NCBI GenBank assembly: GCA_021513695.1
Contig: CP084166.1
Location: 2,752,001-2,816,000, forward strand
Source of the DNA: Candidatus Heimdallarchaeum aukensis
GTDB taxonomy: Archaea > Asgardarchaeota > Heimdallarchaeia > Heimdallarchaeales > Heimdallarchaeaceae
Length of the DNA: 64,000 nucleotides
Direction: 5' to 3'
The translations under genes were made by a program, and so were the position numbers. Position 1 is the stretch's first letter. Each line of letters opens with the position of its first letter. Of the stretch, positions 9,581 through 20,218 are shown one piece after another. The notes under the pieces were generated by a model. That model saw only the letters and a program-made list of their open reading frames with translations, searched no databases and was not told the DNA's origin.

Positions 9581-10040
9581 AGAGTTAAAAAAGAAGTTTC
9601 TAGACAATATAAAAACGGCTCAAGAAGAGAAAATTCAAGATAATCAGATTTTTATTAAAATCGACAAAGAGGATATCAAAACTGTTTCTAAATTTATCAA
9701 GGAGCAATTTGATGACGTAAATAAAATACTAGAGCAAGTTTTTGCTATAGATTTTCCTGATAGAAATGAAATGGAAATGATTTACACCTGGTGGTTTATC
9801 GAATATCATGCCTTAGTTCATTTTCGTGTAATCTTACCATATGATGATCTGAAAGTTGTATCTATTCAAGATGATTGGGTCGCTGCTAATTGGCATGAGC
9901 GAGAAACTTGGGAAATGTTTGGGATAGATTTTGAAGGACATCCAAACTTAAAGCAATTTTTGCTCTCAGACGAACTTTTCGGTAAACATCCTATGAGGAA
10001 ATCTTTCAAAATTGAGCATAATCCGGAGGAAGCAAAATGA
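9570..10040 (+). CDS. nuoC: Complex I subunit C (30 kDa)
   Basis: NuoC-type region ...WHERETWEMFGIDFEGHP...; AGGAGG RBS. Confidence 0.85.
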   Translation: MNVEELKKKFLDNIKTAQEEKIQDNQIFIKIDKEDIKTVSKFIKEQFDDVNKILEQVFAIDFPDRNEMEMIYTWWFIEYHALVHFRVILPYDDLKVVSIQDDWVAANWHERETWEMFGIDFEGHPNLKQFLLSDELFGKHPMRKSFKIEHNPEEAK

Positions 10041-11152
10041 CAGAAAATAAAGAAAGAAGTTCAAGTTTAGTTTCTTTTAGCTATGGTCCTCAACATCCTG
10101 GAACACATCCTTATTCCTTACTTTTAACTGTTGATGGAGATCGAATAGAAAAAGTAGAAGCACAGATTGGTTATGTTCATAGAGGATTAGCTAAACAAGC
10201 TGAATCAAGAACATTTATCCAAGCTTTACCAATAATGGAAAGATCTTGTTTCATTGATTCAGTTAACCATCAATTTGGTTATGTCATGGCAGTGGAAAAA
10301 TTAGCCGGTATAGAAGTACCAGAAAGAGCAGAATACCTTAGAGTTATTGCTGCTGAATTATCACGCATGAACTCTTTGATAAGCTGGTTTGGTGGTTACG
10401 CAGCTGAAACTGGAATTAACTCAGCTTTCATGTGGGCTTGGAAAGATAGAGAAATGTTTCTTGACCTATTTGGCCATCTTGCAGGAAGCAGAGTTTCTGT
10501 AATGTACTTAACTATCGGAGGAGTTAGGTGGGATTGGAATGATAAGCTAACCAATTTAACTTGGGAAATTATTGATTATATGGAAGAGAGACTAAAAATA
10601 CACAAAAAGCTGGTTATGAAGAATTCAATATTCAAAAAACGAACTAAAGGTGTAGGAGTCGTTTCAAAAGAGAAAGCACTAGAATATGCATTTACAGGGC
10701 CTAACTTAAGAGCTTCAGGAGTACAAGGCGATATTAGAATTTTAGAACCCTATAGTGTTTATGATCATTTCAAATTTACTCCTAAAGTAATGACTGAGGG
10801 AGATAACTGGGCTAGAACCATGATTCGTCTACACGATATTGAAACTAGTATGGAGATTCTAAAACAAGCTCTTCCAGAGATTCCCGAAGGAGAATACAAG
10901 ACTAAAGTTCCTCTAAAATTAAGAGCTAATGCTGGCGAGGCATATGCAAGAGTAGAGTTGTCTAGAGGAGTCATGGGTTATTATATTAGAACAGTGGAGG
11001 ACAAATCAACAAAACCCTATAGAGTTAAAATAAGAGGACCTTCATTCTCACACTTCCAAATTGTAGAAGATATTCTAGTTGGAACACATATGGCTGATAT
11101 TCCAATAATCAAAGGTTCTCTAGATGTATGTCCAGCAGATTTAGATAGATAA
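10037..11152 (+). CDS. nuoD: Complex I subunit D (49 kDa)
   Basis: SFGPQHPGTHP..., RIEKVEAQIGYVHRG, C-terminal ...IRGPSFSHFQ...DVCPADLDR motifs typical of NuoD / [NiFe]-hydrogenase large-subunit fold. Confidence 0.9.
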   Translation: MTENKERSSSLVSFSYGPQHPGTHPYSLLLTVDGDRIEKVEAQIGYVHRGLAKQAESRTFIQALPIMERSCFIDSVNHQFGYVMAVEKLAGIEVPERAEYLRVIAAELSRMNSLISWFGGYAAETGINSAFMWAWKDREMFLDLFGHLAGSRVSVMYLTIGGVRWDWNDKLTNLTWEIIDYMEERLKIHKKLVMKNSIFKKRTKGVGVVSKEKALEYAFTGPNLRASGVQGDIRILEPYSVYDHFKFTPKVMTEGDNWARTMIRLHDIETSMEILKQALPEIPEGEYKTKVPLKLRANAGEAYARVELSRGVMGYYIRTVEDKSTKPYRVKIRGPSFSHFQIVEDILVGTHMADIPIIKGSLDVCPADLDR

Positions 11153-11163
11153 GAAGGTGAAAG

Positions 11164-12140
11164 TAATGAATACAGATTTTCTATTTATAAAAGTCGCAGT
11201 ATTTCCTGGTGTCCTTTTCGTACTATTTGGATGTCTTTATTTGATGTATTTCGAAAGGAAAACAATAGCGAGAATTCATGGAAGAATAGGGCCACAATAT
11301 GTAGGCTATGGAGGTTTGTTACAAACAATAGCTGATCTAATGAAATTAATGTTTAAGGAATGGATATTCCCAAAAACAGCAAAGAAAGCAGCTCTATTTC
11401 TAACCCCTATTGCTCTATTTCTACTTGCTTTTCTACCCCTATCGGTTGTTCCATGGGGAGAAAATTGGTATGTAGCAGATTTCAGTGTTACATTGATCTT
11501 TGCATTTGTGGTTATAGCTGCTATTCCTTTCTTAAGCCTTCTACTTGGTTGGTCCTCAGGAAGTAAATATTCTTTGATAGGCGGATACAGAGCTGCATCA
11601 CAACAAATTGTGTTTGAGGTTCCTTTATTTCTTTCTGCATTAACTCCTGCTATACTTGCAAATAGTTTGAGTTTAATGGATATTACAAAAAATCAGAAAA
11701 TATGGTTCCTTGTACTGAATCCAATCGCTGCTTTCGTCTTTTTCGTTTCTATGCTTGCAATGATGGAAAGACAACCTTTTGATATTCCTGAAGCAGAATC
11801 CGAATTAGTATTTGGTTGGAAAACAGAGTTAAGTGGTATTTTCTTTGGTTGGTCAATATTCGCTGGTTACACTATTATGATCGGAGGAAGTGCTCTATTT
11901 GTTGTTTTATTCATGGGTGGTTTTAACGGGCCAGGAAATAATTTAGGTGTCCTATGGTTTATGCTCAAACTAGCTTTGATATGGCTTATTCTTTTCGCTA
12001 TGAGAGCAGTTTTACCAAGATATAGAATGGATCAGATACTAAGAATGTCTTGGAGGTTGATGATACCACTTTCTTTGGTCAGTATTGGCTTATCAATCGG
12101 GTTACTATTTGCATTCCCCAATTTCTTCAGAGGTGTATAA
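11164..12140 (+). CDS. nuoH: Complex I subunit H
   Basis: ERKTIARIHGRIGPQYVGYGGLLQTIADLMKL matches the NuoH/ND1 signature; ATG at 11164 after GGTGA RBS. Confidence 0.9.
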
Positions 12141-12183
12141 TTTGGCAGATAAAAACTTTCTAACTAACATAAGATCGTTATAC

Positions 12184-12627
12184 ATGGCTATTGCACAGAT
12201 GTTCAAGAAACCATTCACAACAAAGTATCACACAACAAACAAAGAAAGAATAGTGGAATACGACAGATTGCGTGGAGAACTTATAATGAACTTACCCAAA
12301 TGTGTGGGTTGTACACTATGTGTTCAAGCTTGTCCTAATGCTGCATTGAAAATGGTTTCATATGACAATGGAAATCCAAGAAACAAAAAGAAACATGTTC
12401 CTTCTTTTAATTTAGGACTCTGCAGTTTTTGCGCTTTATGTGTAGAAGCTTGTCCTTATGATGTCCTAGAAATGGGTAAAGTGTACGATAGAGCCTATGC
12501 CACTATGGAAGATATGCTTCGTTCTCCTGAGGAGATGTATGAGGATTGGATTGAACAGAAAGGAGAAGAAGATGAAATAGATCCTGAAGAAATTGAAACT
12601 GACAAAATCGATATCGAGGAGGATTAA
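12184..12627 (+). CDS. nuoI: Complex I subunit I (2x[4Fe-4S] ferredoxin-type); acidic C-terminal tail
   Basis: Two CxxCxxCxxxCP motifs (CVGCTLCVQACP, CSFCALCVEACP); track start 12085 overlaps nuoH, internal ATG 12184 more plausible. Confidence 0.85.
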   Translation: MAIAQMFKKPFTTKYHTTNKERIVEYDRLRGELIMNLPKCVGCTLCVQACPNAALKMVSYDNGNPRNKKKHVPSFNLGLCSFCALCVEACPYDVLEMGKVYDRAYATMEDMLRSPEEMYEDWIEQKGEEDEIDPEEIETDKIDIEED

Positions 12628-12628
12628 A

Positions 12629-14086
12629 ATGGTTGTTAGTACAGTTTTGTTATTAATTTCTATAATAGCTCCTTTAGTTATAGGATTCTTATTATTCATT
12701 CCATTCCTTCAAAAATATGCAGGGTGGATAACAGCTGGAGTATCTACTGTCGTTTTAGCCTTCTTAATTACTGCTTCTGTTCCAATATGGAACAGTTCTG
12801 TAACAAAAGTGGAACTCCAATGGGCTCCAGCAGCTGGTCTGTTAATGGGATTCTTGTTGGACAATCTATCAGCACTTATTGCATTATTGATAGCAGTTGT
12901 TTCTACCTTAACAGCTTTCTATTCCATAAAATATATGGAGCATGAAGAGAGAAAAGGATTATACTTTAGCTTATACAACTTCTTCTTTGCAGGTATGCTC
13001 GGAGTAGTTCTATCTACAAACCTCCTAGAGTTTTTCTTCTTCTGGGAACTTATGCTAATTCCTAGTTACTTAATGATTGTTTATTGGGGTACTAAAGCTA
13101 AAGCAGCAAAAGTTGCATTGAAGTATTTCTTCTATACTCAAGTGGGTTCTATTGGAATAATTGTTAGTTTTGCAATTATTGCCTTTTATGGTAACAGTTT
13201 AAACATTGCAGAAATTGCAACTAATCTCTCAATATCTTCACTTCCAAATGCTATACTCTACTTAACCTTTATACTACTGATGATAGGTTTAGCTGTAAAA
13301 CTCGCTATCTTTCCTTTCCAAAATTGGTTACCTGATGCTCACGGAGAAGCTCCAACACCAATAAGTGTATTGCTCTCTGCAGTTATGATCGAAACAGCAG
13401 CTTATGCAATAGTTCGTATTGCTATGCAATTTTATGGAGAGATTTTCGAAACATCTAGGATTGTCTTTGAGAGTGTAGGAGTATTTACCCTCTTGTATGG
13501 AGGCTTCTTAGCTTTAAGGCAAACAGATGTTAAAAGACTACTCGCTTATTCTTCTGTAAGCCAAATGGGTTATGTCTTTATTGGTTTATCAACATACAAC
13601 CAATTTGGTGTTTCAGGAGGATTATTCCACATATTAGCTCATGGATTTGGAAAAGGGATACTCTTCATGACTGCAGGAATTCTCATACATGAAGTGAAAA
13701 CTAGAGATATTACTGCAATGGGTGGATTAGGTAGAAAAATGCCTTTCACTGCTATAATTTCATTTATTGCAGCATTAAATCTCGCTGGAACACCCCCACT
13801 AAGTGGATTCTTCAGTGAATGGTTTATCTTTAGTGGCGCATTCTATCAAGCAACAACAGAGTTTGTAATTCTAGGTATTTTTCTATTACTAGGTTCAATA
13901 TTAAGCGCAGCTTATATGCTACGTTTTCTGTGGAAAGTGTTCCTTGGTCCTTTACCAGGAGAACTAGAAAAGACAAAAGAAACAAAGCTATTACTTTGGG
14001 TTCCAGGAGCGATTTTAGCACTATTGGCTATATTCTTCGGTATCTTTGCTAATGTTGCAATTGAACTTTTCAGTACAGTGATTTGA
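12629..14086 (+). CDS. nuoM: Antiporter-like complex I subunit (second NuoM-type paralog)
   Basis: WLPDAHGEAPTPISVLLSAV... antiporter-family motif; 14 TM; GAGGAGGA RBS before ATG 12629. Confidence 0.75.
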   Translation: MVVSTVLLLISIIAPLVIGFLLFIPFLQKYAGWITAGVSTVVLAFLITASVPIWNSSVTKVELQWAPAAGLLMGFLLDNLSALIALLIAVVSTLTAFYSIKYMEHEERKGLYFSLYNFFFAGMLGVVLSTNLLEFFFFWELMLIPSYLMIVYWGTKAKAAKVALKYFFYTQVGSIGIIVSFAIIAFYGNSLNIAEIATNLSISSLPNAILYLTFILLMIGLAVKLAIFPFQNWLPDAHGEAPTPISVLLSAVMIETAAYAIVRIAMQFYGEIFETSRIVFESVGVFTLLYGGFLALRQTDVKRLLAYSSVSQMGYVFIGLSTYNQFGVSGGLFHILAHGFGKGILFMTAGILIHEVKTRDITAMGGLGRKMPFTAIISFIAALNLAGTPPLSGFFSEWFIFSGAFYQATTEFVILGIFLLLGSILSAAYMLRFLWKVFLGPLPGELEKTKETKLLLWVPGAILALLAIFFGIFANVAIELFSTVI

Positions 14087-14095
14087 GGTGAAAAA

Positions 14096-16126
14096 ATGGA
14101 AGCTATAATAATTACAGTATTACTAACAGTTTTGGTTCCTCTTGTAGGAAGCTTGATAAGTCCATTATTAAATAAAATATTGAAAGAGAAAATACACTTT
14201 TATGCTATAGCCATAGCAGTTATAACTGCTGCACTTGGAATAACTTCTTTTTCAATTGGTTTAAGAATGGAGGAAATAGAGCCTTGGACATTCAATTGGA
14301 TTAAAGATCTATTAAATCCTGGAGAGTTTATACAAGGAGGAATTTTTCTAGATAAATTCTCGTTACTTATGCTAATGCTTGTTTCAGTAATAGCCATGTT
14401 GATTGTAATCTTTAGCCATGATTATATGCACGGTGATGATGCTTTACCAAGATATTATTTCTGGATACTATTCTTTATTGGCAGTATGCTAGGGCTAATA
14501 GTATCAGACAACTTGATTCAGTTGTTTATATTCTGGGAAGGTGTAGGATTAGCCAGTTATGGACTAATTGGTTTCTGGAACAGAGAAAATGAAAATGTGA
14601 AGAGTGGTACAAAAGCTTTTCTTGTTACAAGAGCTGGAGATATGGGTTTACTTGCTGCGATAATATTGATTTACTTTAATGTAGGAACACTAAGTTTCTC
14701 TGAATTCACCTCTGATTTTGGAAATATTTTAGGTGAAAGTAAATTAATAGTGTTAGTAGGAGTCTTAATACTCGTTGGAATTGCAGGTAAATCTGCTCAG
14801 TTTCCTTTGCAGTTCTGGTTACCGGAAGCTATGGCAGGTCCTTCAACCGTATCGGCTCTCATCCATGCAGCAACAATGGTTAAAGCTGGTATTTATCTCG
14901 GAGGAAGATTCTTACCTTATTTCTTAACCGCAGCGCCTTTATATGCTGAGCAATTAGAAGTTCTCTTCTTAATAATTGCAGCTGTTGGAGTATTCACAGC
15001 TTTTCTTGCAGCATCTATAGGCATGGCAGCGAGAGAATTCAAAAAAATACTGGCTTTTTCAACTATTTCGCAATTAGGATACATGTTGCTTGCAATTGGT
15101 GTTGCTGGTCTGCTTCATAATGGAGAAGATGCTCTATTTGCTTCTATCTTCCACATGACCTCCCATATGTTCTTCAAAGCATTACTCTTCCTTGGTGCAG
15201 GAGCTATCTTACATTCTGTAACAACTACGAAGGATATCTTTGAAATGGGAGGACTGAGAAAATATATGCCTAAAACAACATTGTTGTTCAGTGCAGGAGC
15301 ATTATCTTTAGCTGGAATACCTCCTTTTGCAGGTTTCTTCTCCAAAGAGACAATATTTTCAAAAATTATTGAGTATATTGAAGAAACTTCATCAGTATGG
15401 GGGTGGATATTCCTGTCATTAGCAGTAATTGCAGCGATAATGACATTATTTTACACGATGCGAATGATAGGTGTAGTTTTCTTTGGAGAAAGTGGAGAAC
15501 ATGTAAAAGAAGCTGAAAAACATGGACATCTTCATGATCCTAGTTGGTTTATGATGGGCCCTTTACTAGTTTTAGCAATAGGATCAACAATATGGGGATT
15601 CTTTGGCGGATTAATAGAACATTGGTTTTATCACGGAGATCAAACCTATGGAGAATGGATAGGCCATATCTTCAGAAATGGATGGGGATGGTTAATATTA
15701 GCTATAATTGTAATTGTTGGTGGAATACCAGGATACCTAATTTACTTTAGAAAAGTAAACAATACTTTCTTTGCCAACTCGTTCTTACAGAAGTTTCTGT
15801 ATAATCGTTGGTATTGGAATTCCTTAATGTTAACTGTTTTCGTTGACGGAACAACAAAAGTTGGAGATCTGCTTCAATATCCAGAAAAAGCACTTGATCA
15901 TGGAACAAACTCCCTTGCAAGTGGAGTTCTTGCTACTGCTAATGCTTTCGAAGTTCTTGATCGCAAAATAGTTGACGGTGCAGTAAACAAAATAGCTTAT
16001 GGTTTCCAATGGATGGGGATGAAACTTCGAAGATTCGAAACAGGCTTCATATCTCAATACCTGTGGATAGGAGCATTTGGTTTTGTTATTCTATTAATTG
16101 GAGTAACACTTGCTATTATATTGTGA
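14096..16126 (+). CDS. nuoL: Complex I subunit L (long antiporter-like subunit)
   Basis: 676 aa; WLPEAMAGPSTVSALIHAATMVKAGIY is the NuoL/ND5 signature; C-terminal extension typical of the NuoL lateral helix. Confidence 0.85.
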   Translation: MEAIIITVLLTVLVPLVGSLISPLLNKILKEKIHFYAIAIAVITAALGITSFSIGLRMEEIEPWTFNWIKDLLNPGEFIQGGIFLDKFSLLMLMLVSVIAMLIVIFSHDYMHGDDALPRYYFWILFFIGSMLGLIVSDNLIQLFIFWEGVGLASYGLIGFWNRENENVKSGTKAFLVTRAGDMGLLAAIILIYFNVGTLSFSEFTSDFGNILGESKLIVLVGVLILVGIAGKSAQFPLQFWLPEAMAGPSTVSALIHAATMVKAGIYLGGRFLPYFLTAAPLYAEQLEVLFLIIAAVGVFTAFLAASIGMAAREFKKILAFSTISQLGYMLLAIGVAGLLHNGEDALFASIFHMTSHMFFKALLFLGAGAILHSVTTTKDIFEMGGLRKYMPKTTLLFSAGALSLAGIPPFAGFFSKETIFSKIIEYIEETSSVWGWIFLSLAVIAAIMTLFYTMRMIGVVFFGESGEHVKEAEKHGHLHDPSWFMMGPLLVLAIGSTIWGFFGGLIEHWFYHGDQTYGEWIGHIFRNGWGWLILAIIVIVGGIPGYLIYFRKVNNTFFANSFLQKFLYNRWYWNSLMLTVFVDGTTKVGDLLQYPEKALDHGTNSLASGVLATANAFEVLDRKIVDGAVNKIAYGFQWMGMKLRRFETGFISQYLWIGAFGFVILLIGVTLAIIL

Positions 16127-16135
16127 GGTGAAAAA

Positions 16136-17605
16136 ATGATAGGAATATTAACTACTTTAATAACTGTTCCCCTTATAGGAGCAATAATTGTGTTCTTGAT
16201 TGGAACAAAAAATAAAAAACTTTCAAGACTTTTAGCTCAATTTATAACATTTGCTGAGTTATCAATCTCTTGGAGTTTATTCGCTTTCTATGATAGAATT
16301 AATAAAAGGCTCAATATTGAGGATGAATTTGTACGATGGATAGATTCTTTTTCTATTCATTTTTCGCTCAGCATTGATGGAATAAGCTTTGTGCTAGTAC
16401 TACTCTCAACTACCATCGTATTTCTAGTTGCTCTCCAATCTACATTCGTAATAGAAGAAAATGAACATTTATACTATACTTTGCTTTTACTATTTGAGAC
16501 AGGAATTTTAGGAGTCTTCTTGGCTTCAAACTTAATAATATTCTACATTTTCTGGGAATTAGTTTTAGTTCCAATGTTCTTTCTTATAGGTGAATGGGGT
16601 GGAGAAAGAAAACGTTATGCTGCAGTCAAGTTCTTCATATTTACACATGTAGGAAGCTTGTTTATGCTACTAAGTTTTCTGTATCTATTCATTAACATGA
16701 AAACATTTAGTATTATAGAGTTAAGTCAAAAGGATATACCTGAAATTGTTCAAACCATTGCAGCAATCGGTATCTTCCTTGGAGTGGCAGTAAAACTACC
16801 CGCTGTTCCAATACATTCATGGTTACCTGATGCACATGTAGAAGCTCCAAGTCCAGTAAGTGTATTACTCGCAGGTCTATTGCTAAAAATGGCAGGATAT
16901 GGTTTTCTTAAACTAGGATTGAATATTGTCCCAGAAGGAATAAAAGTCCTGCGTCCTGTTCTTATAACCTTAGGTGTAGTTGGAGCTTTTTATGCTGCTT
17001 TTGCTGCTATAGCACAAAAGGATCTCAAGAGAGTTATTGCTTTTACTTCAATTAATCACATGAGTTTTATCATGATCGCAGTAGCAGTTGCAACACCCCT
17101 TGCAATTATTGGAGCAGTATTTCAAATGATAAGCCATGGAATAATCATAGGGCTAATGTTCTTCCTCTCTGGTATAATACAACACCATGTAGGAACCAGA
17201 GAAATAAACTTACTTGGAGGAATAAAAAAGAAACCTGTTTTAACTGGTTTCTTAATTGTTGGCTCTATAGCTGCATTTGGCGCTCCTCCAATGAGTGGAT
17301 TCATTGCAGAAATGATGATATTCTTTGCTTCGATTCCAGTATATCCTTGGGTAATGACTGTGGCTGCTTTCTCAATCGTAATAACCTCTGTTATTTACCT
17401 TTGGTTACTAACTAGAGTACTATTTACTAATAAAGCAGAAGAAGTAGTTTTTGAGGACCTAGTATCTCATCAGAACTACTTAAAATATGAATTATCAATA
17501 GTTGGTCTCTTATTTATACCTATATTCGTTCTTGGATTCTTTCCAAATTTGTTAGTATCAATTATTGAACAAGCTGTGAACCAGCTTCTTAAAATAATAG
17601 GGTGA
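16136..17605 (+). CDS. nuoM: Complex I subunit M
   Basis: WLPDAHVEAPSPVSVLLAGLLLKMAGYG is the NuoM/ND4 signature. Confidence 0.85.
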   Translation: MIGILTTLITVPLIGAIIVFLIGTKNKKLSRLLAQFITFAELSISWSLFAFYDRINKRLNIEDEFVRWIDSFSIHFSLSIDGISFVLVLLSTTIVFLVALQSTFVIEENEHLYYTLLLLFETGILGVFLASNLIIFYIFWELVLVPMFFLIGEWGGERKRYAAVKFFIFTHVGSLFMLLSFLYLFINMKTFSIIELSQKDIPEIVQTIAAIGIFLGVAVKLPAVPIHSWLPDAHVEAPSPVSVLLAGLLLKMAGYGFLKLGLNIVPEGIKVLRPVLITLGVVGAFYAAFAAIAQKDLKRVIAFTSINHMSFIMIAVAVATPLAIIGAVFQMISHGIIIGLMFFLSGIIQHHVGTREINLLGGIKKKPVLTGFLIVGSIAAFGAPPMSGFIAEMMIFFASIPVYPWVMTVAAFSIVITSVIYLWLLTRVLFTNKAEEVVFEDLVSHQNYLKYELSIVGLLFIPIFVLGFFPNLLVSIIEQAVNQLLKIIG

Positions 17606-17610
17606 AAAAA

Positions 17611-19041
17611 ATGGAAGTAATTATTTATCCTTTAATCGCACTCCTTGTTGGTATTGTGTTAAGTTTAATAACTGGAACACTAAAAAAAGGAGATGTTGCA
17701 CGTACAATAAGTATCTTAAGCCTTATAACAGCGATATCTTTGCTTGCGGTTTTCTATCCTTTCAACGGTCAAAGACTATTCAGTGACACAATTGTTCTAG
17801 ATAATTTTGGAGGATTTTTTGTTTTTCTATTCTTATCTCTCGCTGTATTTATTCTACTTGGAAGCACAAAAGTGTTGGATGAACATCCTGAAATGCCGGC
17901 ACTTTTACTTCTTTCTACAATTGGGATGGCTTTAATCGGAATTACTGATAACTTAGTGATGATCTTTGTAGCTTGGGAATTAATGAGTTTGACAACATAC
18001 GTATTAGCAGGTCTTGGAAAAAGAGAACAATCAACAGAAGCGGCCATGAAATACTACATTTATGGAAGTGTTTCTTCTGCCCTTATTCTATTCTCTATTA
18101 GCTTGATATACGGTATAACTGGCTCTATGCAATTGTCCATAATAGCTACTGTTGCATCTTCACTAGACACAACGGCAATAGGTGTTCTGCTTTTATCTGC
18201 AACAATATTCATCTTTGGTTTTGGATATAAAGTAGGAATAGTTCCATTCCATCTTTGGTTACCAGATGTGTATGAAGGAAGCCCCGCTCCAGTAAGTGGG
18301 CTTCTAGCAGGTGTATCAAAGAAAGTAGCTATTGTCGCAACAGCTAGAATCTTTTTGACTGGATTTGAGAGTGTAGACTTTAATTGGAAAATCCTTTACG
18401 CAATTATAGCTGTAATAACTATGACTGTTGCTAATATTGCTGCTTTATCTCAAAGAAAAGTTGTAAGAATGTTTGCATATAGCTCGATCTCTCAAATAGG
18501 ATACATGATTGTCGGATTTGCTATATTTTCTCCTGAAGGATTGGCAGCAACGATGATGCAACTAACTGTTCATGCAGTTACAACCGTTGGAGCCTTTATC
18601 ACAATAGGTATTATAGCAAAGAAACTAGATCTCAGGACATATGATGACTATAAAGGTTTAGGAGCTAGAAAACCTGTGTTAGGACTAGGTTTGACAATAA
18701 TGATGTTGTCTTTAGCTGGCATTCCTCCTCTTGCAGGATTTGTCAGTAAATTGTTCTTGTTTACTGAAGCAGTAAGAGCTAATTTACTGTGGTTAGCAAT
18801 CGTTTTAGTTTTGAACAGCGTTTTATCGCTTGGTTACTATCTCCCTCTCATAAGAAACATGTATCTTGAGAAACCAGAGAAAACAACAGAAGGCGAAGAA
18901 ACGAAAAAAGAAAAATTCGACACTAGGACTATAGGTCCTATAATGGTCAATATTATGACTACATTAGCTATTGTAATTATACCAATCTTTGCACAAAAGA
19001 TTTTCGACATAATCACTGAAGCAGCTAAAAATGTAATATAG
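17611..19041 (+). CDS. nuoN: Complex I subunit N
   Basis: WLPDVYEGSPAPVSGLLAG is the NuoN/ND2 signature; ATG 17611 after AGGGTGAAAAAA. Confidence 0.85.
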   Translation: MEVIIYPLIALLVGIVLSLITGTLKKGDVARTISILSLITAISLLAVFYPFNGQRLFSDTIVLDNFGGFFVFLFLSLAVFILLGSTKVLDEHPEMPALLLLSTIGMALIGITDNLVMIFVAWELMSLTTYVLAGLGKREQSTEAAMKYYIYGSVSSALILFSISLIYGITGSMQLSIIATVASSLDTTAIGVLLLSATIFIFGFGYKVGIVPFHLWLPDVYEGSPAPVSGLLAGVSKKVAIVATARIFLTGFESVDFNWKILYAIIAVITMTVANIAALSQRKVVRMFAYSSISQIGYMIVGFAIFSPEGLAATMMQLTVHAVTTVGAFITIGIIAKKLDLRTYDDYKGLGARKPVLGLGLTIMMLSLAGIPPLAGFVSKLFLFTEAVRANLLWLAIVLVLNSVLSLGYYLPLIRNMYLEKPEKTTEGEETKKEKFDTRTIGPIMVNIMTTLAIVIIPIFAQKIFDIITEAAKNVI

Positions 19042-19054
19042 AGGTGAAAAAAAG

Positions 19055-19432
19055 ATGATGTTATTTGATGCAATAATTCCAGTACTCGCATTGGGCCTAG
19101 CAGGTATGATTTTCGTAGGTATAATGATGACTTTATCAGTCTTGACTAAACCTAAAGGAGAAAAAACAAAGCTAAAGTTACAAACCTATGAAAGTGGAGA
19201 AGTTCCAGTAACTGACCGTTTAGGATTCCAATTTAATTATCAATACTTTGTTTATGCTATAGTTTTCACTGCTTTGGACGTTATGTCTATTTTCTTATAT
19301 GCGTGGGCTGTTGATTCTGCCCGTTTAGAAACAAACACCTTACTAACGATACTTGGCTTTATCACAATTTTATTCTTGGGCTTTGTTTATGTATCTGTAG
19401 CAACAAGAGAGTGGAAGAAAAATATAATGTAA
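19055..19432 (+). CDS. nuoA: Complex I subunit A
   Basis: Three TM helices, ...NYQYFVYAIVFTALDVMSIFLYAWAV... NuoA/ND3 motif; last gene of operon. Confidence 0.8.
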   Translation: MMLFDAIIPVLALGLAGMIFVGIMMTLSVLTKPKGEKTKLKLQTYESGEVPVTDRLGFQFNYQYFVYAIVFTALDVMSIFLYAWAVDSARLETNTLLTILGFITILFLGFVYVSVATREWKKNIM

Positions 19433-19475
19433 ATTAAATTACAGCACAAAAGTGTTGTATCTCTTTTTTTTATTA
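19433..19475 (+). terminator. Putative archaeal intrinsic terminator (T-tract) after nuoA
   Basis: TCTCTTTTTTTTATTATTTTG oligo-T run directly after the nuoA stop, preceded by short dyad ACAGCACAAAAGTGTTGT. Confidence 0.3.
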
Positions 19476-19555
19476 TTTTGAAATTGTTTATTTTAAATTC
19501 AATACATATTCATTCAAGGAAACAGTTTAAAACAAGCAAATTATCTTTATAATCA

Positions 19556-20218
19556 ATGAAAAAAGATTTGTATTTAACAGAGGAAAATCGAAAAGAAAAA
19601 TCTGTTCAATGGTTAAAAGAATGTAGAAAATACAAAAAAACTAATCCTTTTAACTTTAATTTGAAAACCGCTGCTTTAGTTGTTTTAGATATGCAAAAGG
19701 TTTTTCTCGAAAAAGATTCACACGCTTTTATTCCTTCAGGGGTTACTATTATACCGATCATTAATAAAATAGTAACAAAATTCAACGAATACAAACGTCC
19801 AATTATCTTTTCTAGACATATTTTTCCAGAGAGCAAAGAGTCTCTTTTGTACAAAATTTGGAGAAATTCTATAGATCTTAACCAAGAAGAGTCAGAACTA
19901 GTTGAAGAAATAAAAAGTGGAGGAATTATTCTAATAAAAAGGAATTATAGCGCATTTAGGAAAACTAACCTAGAAACAATTTTAAGAAAAAACAAAGTCA
20001 AACAACTAGTTGTAACAGGGTTAATGAGCCATCTTTGTTGTGATACAACAACAAGGGATGCTTTTATGTTGGGATATGAACCATTTTTTGTTGTTGATGC
20101 TACAGCTACCTATAATGAAACTTTACATTTAGGAACACTAAGAGCGCTTTCTCATGGATTTTCAGTACCTATTGTTTCGGAGGAGATAATTAATTGGAAA
20201 GAAAATCCAAAAATGTAG
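19556..20218 (+). CDS. Isochorismatase-like (cysteine) hydrolase
   Basis: LVVLDMQKVF (Asp), conserved Lys, and nucleophile Cys in LVVTGLMSHLCCDTTTRDA. Confidence 0.6.
   Translation: MKKDLYLTEENRKEKSVQWLKECRKYKKTNPFNFNLKTAALVVLDMQKVFLEKDSHAFIPSGVTIIPIINKIVTKFNEYKRPIIFSRHIFPESKESLLYKIWRNSIDLNQEESELVEEIKSGGIILIKRNYSAFRKTNLETILRKNKVKQLVVTGLMSHLCCDTTTRDAFMLGYEPFFVVDATATYNETLHLGTLRALSHGFSVPIVSEEIINWKENPKM

Noticed and set aside
10765-10974. Short antisense ORFs inside the nuo operon (10765..10974, 11360..11566, 12466..12699, 12724..12945, 13830..14021, 14200..14397, 15115..15345, 15544..15750, 15830..16057, 17122..17304, 17769..18047, 18837..19091)
   Set aside because: All embedded within or antisense to nuo genes with strong motif support; no domain signal
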